UHGV virus genome: UHGV-0011110
Reading direction: 5' to 3' (one strand)
DNA length: 42,827 nt
From: a virus
The translations under genes and the position numbers were made by a program. Position 1 is the first letter of the stretch. Every line of letters starts with the position of its first letter. Of the stretch, positions 35,758-42,827 are shown in pieces. Below the pieces are notes generated by a model, which had not been told where the DNA came from, searched no databases, and saw nothing but the letters and a program-made list of their open reading frames with translations.

Positions 35758-35946
35758 ATGAAGGAAACGCTAAAAGCATTACTTGGAGTTGGTTTTCTAG
35801 TCCTACTGTTAATTGGGTATGGATATATCGCTATCTATCTTGGGATTGAACTACCATATCAATTATGGATTAATGGAGAGTGGGGTTTTGCAATTGCACA
35901 GGCCGTTATTGTGTGGAGCTGGTTATTAGGAGGTAAACGTAAATGA
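35758..35946 (+). CDS. small two-TM membrane protein
   Basis: AAAGGAGGAG 6 nt before ATG. Confidence 0.5.
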   Translation: MKETLKALLGVGFLVLLLIGYGYIAIYLGIELPYQLWINGEWGFAIAQAVIVWSWLLGGKRK

Positions 35947-36128
35947 AAAAGATTGAAATCACTTTAAATGATGAAACTGGCGCATATTGTATTGAAGAAA
36001 CATTTGATAATTATCAACAAGGCTTAAAGACGTATGATTTAGACGAAGCCTTACTATATCTTGAGGATAGAATGGAGAAATTGACTTATGAAAACAGACA
36101 AACAATTACTACAATTAACAAAGACTGA
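35943..36128 (+). CDS. hypothetical protein
   Basis: ATGA overlap with the upstream gene. Confidence 0.45.
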   Translation: MKKIEITLNDETGAYCIEETFDNYQQGLKTYDLDEALLYLEDRMEKLTYENRQTITTINKD

Positions 36129-36255
36129 GTTGTTAGAAGAATATCGCAAGCTAGAGAAGTCCAAAACTGATAATGAAGTTACACTTGATAAAGCTATTGA
36201 AGTTGTTAAGAACAATGGTTATGTAGTTAAGCCAAAGACATCATATGAGTTTTAA
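36088..36255 (+). CDS. possible 55-aa ORF overlapping 35943..36128 out of frame
   Basis: GGAGAA 8 nt before ATG; fills the gap. Confidence 0.25.
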   Translation: MKTDKQLLQLTKTELLEEYRKLEKSKTDNEVTLDKAIEVVKNNGYVVKPKTSYEF

Positions 36256-36267
36256 GGAGGAATGAGA

Positions 36268-36453
36268 ATGGACTTATCTAATGTATCAAGCGAGGAGTTG
36301 TTAGAAATAGCAGAAACAGTCACACGTCTCAAGAACTTAAAAGATGCCATTAAAGAGTATGAAATATATTATATGCAGGTCAACGAAGATTATGCACGTG
36401 TAATAAATGAAATTACAGATATAGAAACTAAACTAAAGGAGGTGGGACTATAA
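36268..36453 (+). CDS. hypothetical protein
   Basis: AGGAGG 7 nt before ATG 36268. Confidence 0.45.
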   Translation: MDLSNVSSEELLEIAETVTRLKNLKDAIKEYEIYYMQVNEDYARVINEITDIETKLKEVGL

Positions 36454-36454
36454 C

Positions 36455-36613
36455 ATGCCATATATGTATTGCAACCATGCAGGCTGTAATGAAACAGTTA
36501 AGCTACCAGCACAATACTGTGCTAAACATCAACCAGCAAAGCTACCTGAATCACTTAAAGTAGATGTGAATAAAGTTAGCAAGACTATGAACACAAAGAA
36601 GACTACTAAATAA
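36455..36613 (+). CDS. 52-aa zinc-ribbon protein, paralog of the N-terminus of the downstream HNH
   Basis: MPYMYCNHAGCNETVKLPAQYCAKHQ versus MPQRICAEPTCRNKVELPERYCEQHR. Confidence 0.35.
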   Translation: MPYMYCNHAGCNETVKLPAQYCAKHQPAKLPESLKVDVNKVSKTMNTKKTTK

Positions 36614-36656
36614 TAGTAGTCTTTTCTTACATACAATAGTAGAAAGGAGTAACACA

Positions 36657-37049
36657 ATGCCACAAAGGATATGTGCTGAACCAACATGTCGTAATAAAGT
36701 AGAGTTACCAGAACGATACTGTGAACAACACAGAGGACATAATGATAAGCAGTACAACAAACATGTAAGAACGAATGACTTCAATAAGAAGTATAATGAC
36801 TTCTATCATAGTACTCAATGGACTAAGACTCGTAAGACTAAGCTAATGGAGCAACCTCTATGCGAGGTATGTGCTAGGCAAGGACGTATGACTAAGGCAG
36901 ACATGGTTCACCATATTATTGAATTAAGAAGTCCAAACGGATGGAAACATAGATTAGATATGAATAATTTAGAATCAATCTGTTACAGTTGCCATAATAA
37001 AGAGGAGCATAGATACAGTTGGAAAAATGGTGGTAGGGAACAGCGTTAA
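36657..37049 (+). CDS. terminase-associated HNH endonuclease (zinc-ribbon plus HNH; HK97 gp74-like role)
   Basis: CxxC..CxxH N-terminal ribbon; HHIIELRSPNGW...NLESICYSCHNKEEH HNH core. Sits upstream of the P27 TerS. Confidence 0.7.
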   Translation: MPQRICAEPTCRNKVELPERYCEQHRGHNDKQYNKHVRTNDFNKKYNDFYHSTQWTKTRKTKLMEQPLCEVCARQGRMTKADMVHHIIELRSPNGWKHRLDMNNLESICYSCHNKEEHRYSWKNGGREQR

Positions 37050-37187
37050 ATCAACAAACACGCAGACAAAATTATTTTTAGGGAGACCCAAAATATTTTT
37101 ACCCCCCTACCTTTTTTGTCCAGCCTAATCGCTGATGACTCTTCTTCACACGAATTTCTAAAAATGAACTTTCAAAAACGCCCTTTT

Positions 37188-37320
37188 CCCCTCATAAACG
37201 TGATTAAAACCTGGTTTCTTGTGTTGAAAATAAAGAAATAACACTATATATTGTATGTTATTTCTCTTATACGATTCCTCCCCCTATAAACATGATTGAA
37301 CCATGGTTTCTTTACACAGG
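37188..37320. repeat. two ~38-bp direct repeats (37188..37226 and 37281..37320), each containing an AACC(N)GGTT palindrome
   Basis: CCCCTcATAAACgTGATTaAAaCCTGGTTTCTT versus CCCCTATAAACaTGATTgAACCATGGTTTCTT. Confidence 0.8.
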
Positions 37321-37398
37321 ATTCTTTTTATATGATATAATAAATTATATAAGGGATTTTTGTTTAACTCAACAAACTAAAGTAAGGGAGGTAGAACA

Positions 37399-37584
37399 AT
37401 GCCAGCTCCGAAGGCTGTTTATGTAAAAGATTTGTCAACTGGGAAAACACGCAAATTTAAATCACAATTTGCAGCAGATGACTTCTATGGACTCAAGAGA
37501 GGCTATATGAAGGATCTGAAAACCAAGCTTGGTGGTCGTAATAAAAAATTTGAAATTACGGAAGTACCAAAAGAAGAATTATAA
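37399..37584 (+). CDS. hypothetical basic protein
   Basis: AAGGGAGG 7 nt before ATG. Confidence 0.45.
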   Translation: MPAPKAVYVKDLSTGKTRKFKSQFAADDFYGLKRGYMKDLKTKLGGRNKKFEITEVPKEEL

Positions 37585-37647
37585 ATTTTAGTTGACAACC
37601 TCCTTTATTTGTGCTATTATATTAGTATAAAGAAGGAGGAATTATTT

Positions 37648-38154
37648 ATGAAAGAAATTTGGAAAGAATTAGACGATTTACCAAACTATGAAATCAGTAA
37701 CATGGGTAGGTTGAGAAATAAAAATACATTGAGAATTTTAAAAACAAGAATTTCAAAACTTGGCTATGAGCAAATAACAATCACGTATGGCGGCGAAAAA
37801 TATTTCAGAACAATACACAGGCTTGTAGCTAAAGCATTCTTAATTAACCCAAATAACAAACCTGAGGTTAATCACATTGACGAAAATAAACTTAATAACC
37901 GTGTTAGCAATTTAGAGTGGGTGACTAGAAAAGAAAATTTAAATCACGGCACTTGGAAGCTTAAAAAGAGACAATCGCGAGATAAGGCCATTTATGCTTA
38001 CAAAGACGGTGAAGTACTTGAGTTCCCTTCAACTAAAAGTTGCGCTCAAACACTTGGGTTGATTCCAACAAATGTTACTCAAGCTATTCGTGTAAAGAAT
38101 AAAAACGGAAGTAGTAAAACACTAAAAGGCTACACATTCAAATACAAGGAGTGA
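37648..38154 (+). CDS. NUMOD4/HNH_3 homing endonuclease
   Basis: MKEIWKELDDLPNYEISNMGRL; HRLVAKAFLINPNNKPEVNHIDENKLNN..NLEWVT. Confidence 0.75.
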   Translation: MKEIWKELDDLPNYEISNMGRLRNKNTLRILKTRISKLGYEQITITYGGEKYFRTIHRLVAKAFLINPNNKPEVNHIDENKLNNRVSNLEWVTRKENLNHGTWKLKKRQSRDKAIYAYKDGEVLEFPSTKSCAQTLGLIPTNVTQAIRVKNKNGSSKTLKGYTFKYKE

Positions 38155-38160
38155 AAATAA

Positions 38161-38625
38161 ATGGCAAGACCACGAAAATTATTAAACGCTCAGAGTGGTA
38201 ACTTGACCACTCAGCAACGAGAAGAGCGTGAGAAAGAGGAGGAAGTACTTTACAACTACGAAAAGTTAGACTTTAGTTTTTATCCACCAGGTTTATTACC
38301 ACAAGCATTTAATGAATGGGATCGCATTGGAGCCTATGTAGGAGATTTACCTATCTCTGAATTAGATGTGAATACAGTCATTAGATATTGTAACTACAAT
38401 TATTTATACGCTGAAGCAGTAGAGAAAGTGGCACAGATGGGTGCTATTAACCCTGAGACAGGTAAAGCAAACCCATGGGTTAATGCCATGAACTCCTATT
38501 CAAAAGAGCTTAAAACGGCAACCAATGACCTTGGGTTAACAATCAACTCAAGAATGAAGATTATTCTTCCAGCAGAGAAAGAAAAAGAAGTACTTGACCC
38601 ATTCGCAAAAATGTTTGAGGGATAA
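38161..38625 (+). CDS. terS: terminase small subunit, P27 family
   Basis: Size, position and P27-family pattern (..LDPFAKMF.. C-terminus). Confidence 0.65.
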   Translation: MARPRKLLNAQSGNLTTQQREEREKEEEVLYNYEKLDFSFYPPGLLPQAFNEWDRIGAYVGDLPISELDVNTVIRYCNYNYLYAEAVEKVAQMGAINPETGKANPWVNAMNSYSKELKTATNDLGLTINSRMKIILPAEKEKEVLDPFAKMFEG

Positions 38626-38804
38626 CCTACACAAAAATAAAGAGTTGTGGTATAATAAAGATTGAACAATCGTGGACGGCGCACGTAAACGACCGCTCGC
38701 CACAGTATCTGGCTGATGTGTGATAGTATACCCTACTTGACGACATGCACACTAAAGTGGATATATACTTAACGTAGGGCGTGTATATTCGCAGATACTA
38801 ACCT

Positions 38805-38836
38805 CCCACTAGTCTAGCTAACTAGTGGGTATTTTT
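38805..38836 (+). terminator. rho-independent terminator immediately before the terL promoter
   Basis: CCCACTAG/CTAGTGGG stem, 8-nt loop, TATTTTT. Confidence 0.65.
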
Positions 38837-38849
38837 ATGCTATAATATA
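38837..38849 (+). promoter_or_regulatory. late-type promoter TTTTTATGCTATAAT
   Basis: Same T-run plus TGcTATAAT found at 4506, 9047, 12251 (variant TGtTATAAT), 25256 and ~3877. Confidence 0.5.
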
Positions 38850-38878
38850 AATGACTAGCATAAAAGGAGGATATCTAC

Positions 38879-40654
38879 ATGACGGATTATGTAGCTGATT
38901 ATATCAATCTAATTGAAACAGGTTGGATTGAAGGACGTAAATATATAGTAGAAGATGACTATTACAAACCTATTAAAGTTAAAATCAAAGTGGGTAAAAA
39001 AATACAGAAAGCAATTGAACGACACCAGAAGGATATAGAGCGCTCAAAAGACCCCAAGTATCCATATGTGTATAGACCAGAGGAAGCTATAGCACCAGTT
39101 AGATTTCTTGAAATGCTACCTGACCCTAAATCACGAAAAACAACAAAGCTAGCACACTTCCAGAAATTTATTGTTGGACTATTATATGGATGGCGTAAAA
39201 AGAAAGATAATACTAGACGTTTTAGAAAAGCATATATCTCACTAGCACGTAAGAACGGTAAATCACTACTAGTATCAGGAATCGCATTATATGAGTTTTT
39301 ATTTGGTAAGAACCCAGCAGCTAGTCGTCAAGTAGTAGCCGCAGCAAATACTAAGGAGCAGGCAGGTATTGTGTTTAGAATGCTTAAGTCTCAGCTAACC
39401 GCACTACGTAGCGTTTCAAAAGAAGTTAAGAAACGAACAACTGTGCGTAGATATGATATTGAAGCTAGTGACGAGTCAACCGTAAAGCCACTATCAAGTG
39501 ATGCTGACACACTAGACGGACTAGATGTGTTATGTGGTATTTTAGATGAATATGGTGAAGCTAAAGATGATGCAATTATCCAAGTATTAGAATCATCACA
39601 ATCGCAACAATTAGAGGGATTAATATTAATAATTTCAACAACTACTAAAAATCTAAATGGGCCTATGCACTCTGTAGAGTATCCATTTGTTGAAAAACTA
39701 CTTGATGAAGAGGTTAAAGGTGATGCCTATCTTGCGTTATGTTGGGAAATGGACTCACTGAGTGAAGTAGATGATGAAGAAAACTGGATTAAATCAAACC
39801 CATTGTTTGAAATACCAGAAGCGTATGACTCAATGATGGAACATAAGCGCAACTCACTTGATGAATACAAAGGTAAAATGGACTTATCAGGTTGGCTAAC
39901 AAAAGAAATGAATTTTTGGGTACAATCATCTAAAGATAGTTTTGTAACCAAAGAAGAGTGGGATGCAGTTAAAGCACCAAAGAAATACGATATTAAAGGA
40001 CGTAAAGTATATATTGGCTTAGATATTGCCAGAACCTCAGACATGACTGCAGTATCATGGATTATTCCAATTGAGGAAGAACACAAATTACTGCTGGACA
40101 CACATGGTTTTGTGTCATCAGTAGGAGGTATTGATCACAAACAGTCAATTGATAAAATACCTTATAGACAATATGAGTCAATGAACCTCATTCATATTTC
40201 ACAGCGTGAAGATGGCTTAATTGACACAGAAGAAATGTGTGATTGGATACGTGATTTTATAGACTATAACGAGTTACAGTTGATAGGTATTTACTATGAC
40301 CCATTCATGATGGATAAGGCGTTAATTAATTTAAGTAAAACATATCCTAAAAAACTAATTGAAGTACCTCAGAAAATTAACTATTTATCCTCACCAACTA
40401 GAGCTTTGAGGGAACTCATTCGCAGAGATGAAGTTATCCACACAAATAACCCTCTTTTGAATCGTGCAGCCTATAATGCCATGATTAAAGAGTATAACGA
40501 CAGTGTGGCAATAGATAAAGGTATGAACAGAAACAAAATCGATGCTCTTGATGCTGTGATAAATGCCATGAGTGATGCACAATACCATGATTTTGATGCA
40601 CCAACCTTGCAAGATTTACTAGATAATGGAGAGTTTGGCTTTGGGTATGCTTAA
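38879..40654 (+). CDS. terL: terminase large subunit
   Basis: Walker A-like ISLARKNGKS, nuclease-domain acidic residues; size and position. Confidence 0.8.
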   Translation: MTDYVADYINLIETGWIEGRKYIVEDDYYKPIKVKIKVGKKIQKAIERHQKDIERSKDPKYPYVYRPEEAIAPVRFLEMLPDPKSRKTTKLAHFQKFIVGLLYGWRKKKDNTRRFRKAYISLARKNGKSLLVSGIALYEFLFGKNPAASRQVVAAANTKEQAGIVFRMLKSQLTALRSVSKEVKKRTTVRRYDIEASDESTVKPLSSDADTLDGLDVLCGILDEYGEAKDDAIIQVLESSQSQQLEGLILIISTTTKNLNGPMHSVEYPFVEKLLDEEVKGDAYLALCWEMDSLSEVDDEENWIKSNPLFEIPEAYDSMMEHKRNSLDEYKGKMDLSGWLTKEMNFWVQSSKDSFVTKEEWDAVKAPKKYDIKGRKVYIGLDIARTSDMTAVSWIIPIEEEHKLLLDTHGFVSSVGGIDHKQSIDKIPYRQYESMNLIHISQREDGLIDTEEMCDWIRDFIDYNELQLIGIYYDPFMMDKALINLSKTYPKKLIEVPQKINYLSSPTRALRELIRRDEVIHTNNPLLNRAAYNAMIKEYNDSVAIDKGMNRNKIDALDAVINAMSDAQYHDFDAPTLQDLLDNGEFGFGYA

Positions 40655-40723
40655 TATGCATACCCTTTTGCTAATATTTGTGTTAAAATAGAGATAGAAA
40701 TATCGCAAAAGGAGCGTGAAAAC

Positions 40724-40897
40724 ATGAAATTTGTTGCGGTTATTGTAGCTGTTTTATATATAATTAGCATGGTATTTATTGCTTTAGCTGCTTTTTTAGT
40801 ATCAAACACACTTGGTTTACTCGCATGTGGTATAGGGTTCATGATTCCGTCAATCGTACTATACTATGAAGCCACAAAATCAGAGGGAAGGGGGTAA
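40724..40897 (+). CDS. 57-aa two-TM membrane protein between terL and portal
   Basis: AAAGGAG 9 nt before ATG. MKFVAVIVAVLYIISMVFIALAAFLVSNTLGLLACGIGFMIPSIVLYYEATKSEGRG. Below the track cutoff. Confidence 0.4.
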   Translation: MKFVAVIVAVLYIISMVFIALAAFLVSNTLGLLACGIGFMIPSIVLYYEATKSEGRG

Positions 40898-40903
40898 TAA
40901 TTA

Positions 40904-42103
40904 ATGGGATTATTTATAAACAATGGTACACCAGTTACAGAACAACAGTTCATAGATTATATTAATACTGGTACAATATACAGTACCAATTTTACAGGAC
41001 TAAAAGCTCTGACAAACTCAGACATCTACACAGGTGTAAATATCATCGCTGGTGACATTGCGCAAAGTCCATTCAAACCTGTTAACAATAGCACTGTAGA
41101 TGAATCACTGTTAACATTATTAAACAAAGAACCAAAAACTAATCAATCACACTACACTATGATGTATGCCGTAGTGTCAAACCTAATTTTAACTGGAAAT
41201 GCCTACATTTTAATCCATAGAAATGATGATAACTCAGTTAAAGAGTTGGAGTTTGTGGAAACACAACAAGTGAACGTCATCAGAGACCTTGTTACAGGTG
41301 AATATAGATATGAAGTTAATATGCCGTATGGTAACATTATGTATAAATGTACTCCAAACGATATTTTACATTTCAAATTAACAACCACTGATGGGTGGCT
41401 AGGTCGCTCACCATTACTATCACTAAATGACGAGATAGCACTACAAACCAATGGGTTGAAAGTACTAAACAATTTCTTTTCAAAAGGTGTATTCTCAGGC
41501 GGTATTCTTAAATTATTGAATGGTACTGTGAACAACCAAACAAAAGCAAAAATTAGACAAGACTTTGAGACAGTCAACGGGGCTGGAGGAACCATTGTTC
41601 TTGATGAAACACAAGACTTTACTGAAAACAAAATCAACACAGAAGTATTGAAACTAATCCAAGCTAACAAATTTAGCACACAACAAATTGCTAAAGTATT
41701 GGGTATTCCAGTAAGTAGATTTGGACAAGAACTAGTCAACTCATCTGACACCAGTCAGAATGATATTTATATTGCTAGCACAATTGCTATGTATGAGTCA
41801 TCAATTTGTGATGAATTAAATCTAAAACTAGGTGTTAATTTAGAATTAGACTTATCTAAACTACGCCAAGATACAAAAGAGGATAGACTACGTAGAATAG
41901 CAGAAGGTAAAGTTAAATCTGAATTCGCACAAGCAGTGACAGTTAACGATGCACGCACCTACCTTGGTTTCCAAGAGATTGACAACGGACAACAATTACT
42001 AGGACAAATGAAAAACAATACACAAAATACAAATGAACAGGATGTGAAAGTGAATGACAAAGAACATGGAGATACGAGCACTACAGACACTGGAGAAGAG
42101 TGA
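40904..42103 (+). CDS. portal protein (HK97 family)
   Basis: Size and position after terL; followed by the prohead protease. Confidence 0.75.
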   Translation: MGLFINNGTPVTEQQFIDYINTGTIYSTNFTGLKALTNSDIYTGVNIIAGDIAQSPFKPVNNSTVDESLLTLLNKEPKTNQSHYTMMYAVVSNLILTGNAYILIHRNDDNSVKELEFVETQQVNVIRDLVTGEYRYEVNMPYGNIMYKCTPNDILHFKLTTTDGWLGRSPLLSLNDEIALQTNGLKVLNNFFSKGVFSGGILKLLNGTVNNQTKAKIRQDFETVNGAGGTIVLDETQDFTENKINTEVLKLIQANKFSTQQIAKVLGIPVSRFGQELVNSSDTSQNDIYIASTIAMYESSICDELNLKLGVNLELDLSKLRQDTKEDRLRRIAEGKVKSEFAQAVTVNDARTYLGFQEIDNGQQLLGQMKNNTQNTNEQDVKVNDKEHGDTSTTDTGEE

Positions 42104-42605
42104 GGATAATGTAGTAGAGGGGTACGCTTTAAAGTTTAACAAAGAATCACGTGATTTAGGTGGATTTGTTGAAACAATTTCACCAGATGCACTAGATGGG
42201 GTAGATTTAACAGATGTACGTTGTTTCTTAAACCATGACTCTACAAAACTATTGGGGCGTACGTCAAGTGGTACCTTGGAGTTAAATGTTGACGATATTG
42301 GACTACATTTCAGATGTACACTACCTAACACAAGTACTGGTCGTGATGCGATGGAGTTAGTAAAACGTGGCGATTTAAACCAGTGCTCGTTTGGTTTCAC
42401 AGTAGCAAATCACAAATGGACAAAAGATAATGGAATTATGAAACGCTCAATTAATAAAATAAAATCTTTATTAGAGATTTCATTAGTATCAATCCCAGCA
42501 TATGATGATACAGACGTTCGTGTTGCTACACGTTCATTAGAAGAGGCAGTAAACGAATTAGAAAAAGAGAAATTAGAGATTGAATTGGAGTTGTTGGGCT
42601 TGTGA
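42054..42605 (+). CDS. prohead protease (HK97 / peptidase U35-S78 family)
   Basis: VEGYALKFN..S.DLGGF.E.I.P.A pattern; overlaps the portal 3' end; precedes the capsid gene. Confidence 0.7.
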   Translation: MTKNMEIRALQTLEKSEDNVVEGYALKFNKESRDLGGFVETISPDALDGVDLTDVRCFLNHDSTKLLGRTSSGTLELNVDDIGLHFRCTLPNTSTGRDAMELVKRGDLNQCSFGFTVANHKWTKDNGIMKRSINKIKSLLEISLVSIPAYDDTDVRVATRSLEEAVNELEKEKLEIELELLGL

Positions 42606-42635
42606 TTTATAGCCCACAACCTTAATTATGTGTGA

Positions 42636-42641
42636 TATAAT
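42636..42641 (+). promoter_or_regulatory. extended -10 promoter TGtgaTATAAT upstream of the capsid gene
   Basis: Read directly. Confidence 0.4.
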
Positions 42642-42674
42642 TAAAACAGAAAGCTAGTGAAGGAGTGAGATTAC

Positions 42675-42827
42675 TTGAATCGTGAAGAACAGATTAAAAA
42701 AGCACAAGACTTATTATCAGATGGTAAATTTGAAGAAGCTCGCAGTTTAGTTGAAGCTATTAAGAAACATGATGCTGAACAAGAGCCAGAAGTTAAAGAG
42801 CCAGAAGTTAAAGAGCCAGAAGTTAAA
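42675..42827 (+). CDS. major capsid protein, 5' part (TTG start, delta-domain coiled coil, first 3 EPEVK units); continues at nt 1
   Basis: GGAGTGAG RBS 6 nt before TTG. The ORF runs off the window end exactly in frame (51 codons) and matches the frame open from nt 1. Confidence 0.75.
   Translation, partial: MNREEQIKKAQDLLSDGKFEEARSLVEAIKKHDAEQEPEVKEPEVKEPEVK
42783..42827 (+). repeat. 3 x GAGCCAGAAGTTAAA tandem units (EPEVK)
   Basis: Identical to the units at 1..75. Confidence 0.9.

Noticed and set aside
40651-40842. Minus-strand ORF between terL and portal
   Set aside because: No RBS, and antisense to a better-supported plus-strand 57-aa membrane ORF with a strong SD; convergent with terL.
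1-42827. tRNA genes, integrase/attP, and group I intron-interrupted genes
   Set aside because: - No cloverleaf-compatible GTTCRANYC T-loop with a matching acceptor stem was found in the intergenic regions.
- No tyrosine or serine recombinase motifs were found.
- polB, terL, portal and helicases are uninterrupted; the homing endonucleases are free-standing.

Overview
The window looks like one complete, circularly closed genome (~42.8 kb, about 33% GC) of a virulent siphovirus-type dsDNA phage of a low-GC Gram-positive host. The host genus cannot be fixed from sequence alone.

The window opens and closes inside the same gene. The major capsid ORF starts at 42675 (TTG), runs off the 3' end through a 15-bp tandem repeat array (EPEVK units), and continues in frame from nt 1 (more EPEVK, then ESEVK units) to 1119.

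Rightward late/structural block (about 35758 through the junction to 16447):
- small early-region ORFs, a terminase-associated Zn-ribbon HNH, a candidate cos region with direct repeats, a NUMOD4/HNH endonuclease, a P27-family TerS and TerL
- portal, HK97-type prohead protease and capsid (delta-domain-like N-terminus carrying the repeat array)
- gp6-like connector, head closure protein, HK97 gp10-like protein
- a free-standing GIY-YIG endonuclease
- major tail protein, G/GT chaperones with a -1 frameshift at A_AAA_AAG, and a 1488-aa tape measure carrying LAS-type peptidase and lytic transglycosylase domains
- a 1044-aa extended Dit, Tal and a fibre/RBP
- a lysis cassette (XhlA-like protein, phiLC3-type holin, Amidase_2 endolysin) bracketed by ~70-bp direct repeats

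Leftward early/replication block (35269 down to 16521):
- many small genes
- an SF3 (P4/D5-type) primase-helicase, VRR-NUC, ASCH/DUF3850, an SNF2-like SF2 helicase and a PrimPol
- several NUMOD4/HNH endonucleases
- an MBL-fold protein, DUF1351 and an SSB-like protein with an ELPF tail
- a family-B DNA polymerase with an HNH gene overlapping its 3' end
- an NrdH redoxin and a deoxynucleoside kinase

No integrase, repressor, tRNA or CRISPR was found.

The non-coding DNA is unusually organised:
- The divergent early control region (35340-35700) holds nested inverted repeats, about 10 iteron-like GTGACAAAAT sites and a (TA)10 tract.
- A family of near-identical strong early promoters (TTGACA-17-TGcTATACT plus a conserved leader) precedes the leftward operons.
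- Terminator/extended -10 promoter couplets precede most large late genes.
- An orphan promoter-terminator pair in the early region would give a ~58-nt RNA rich in anti-SD CCUCC motifs.
- Two ~38-bp direct repeats, each with an AACC(N)GGTT palindrome, lie upstream of the packaging genes.
- A GC-rich imperfect palindrome lies between terS and terL.

Coordinates of small elements may be off by 1-2 nt.
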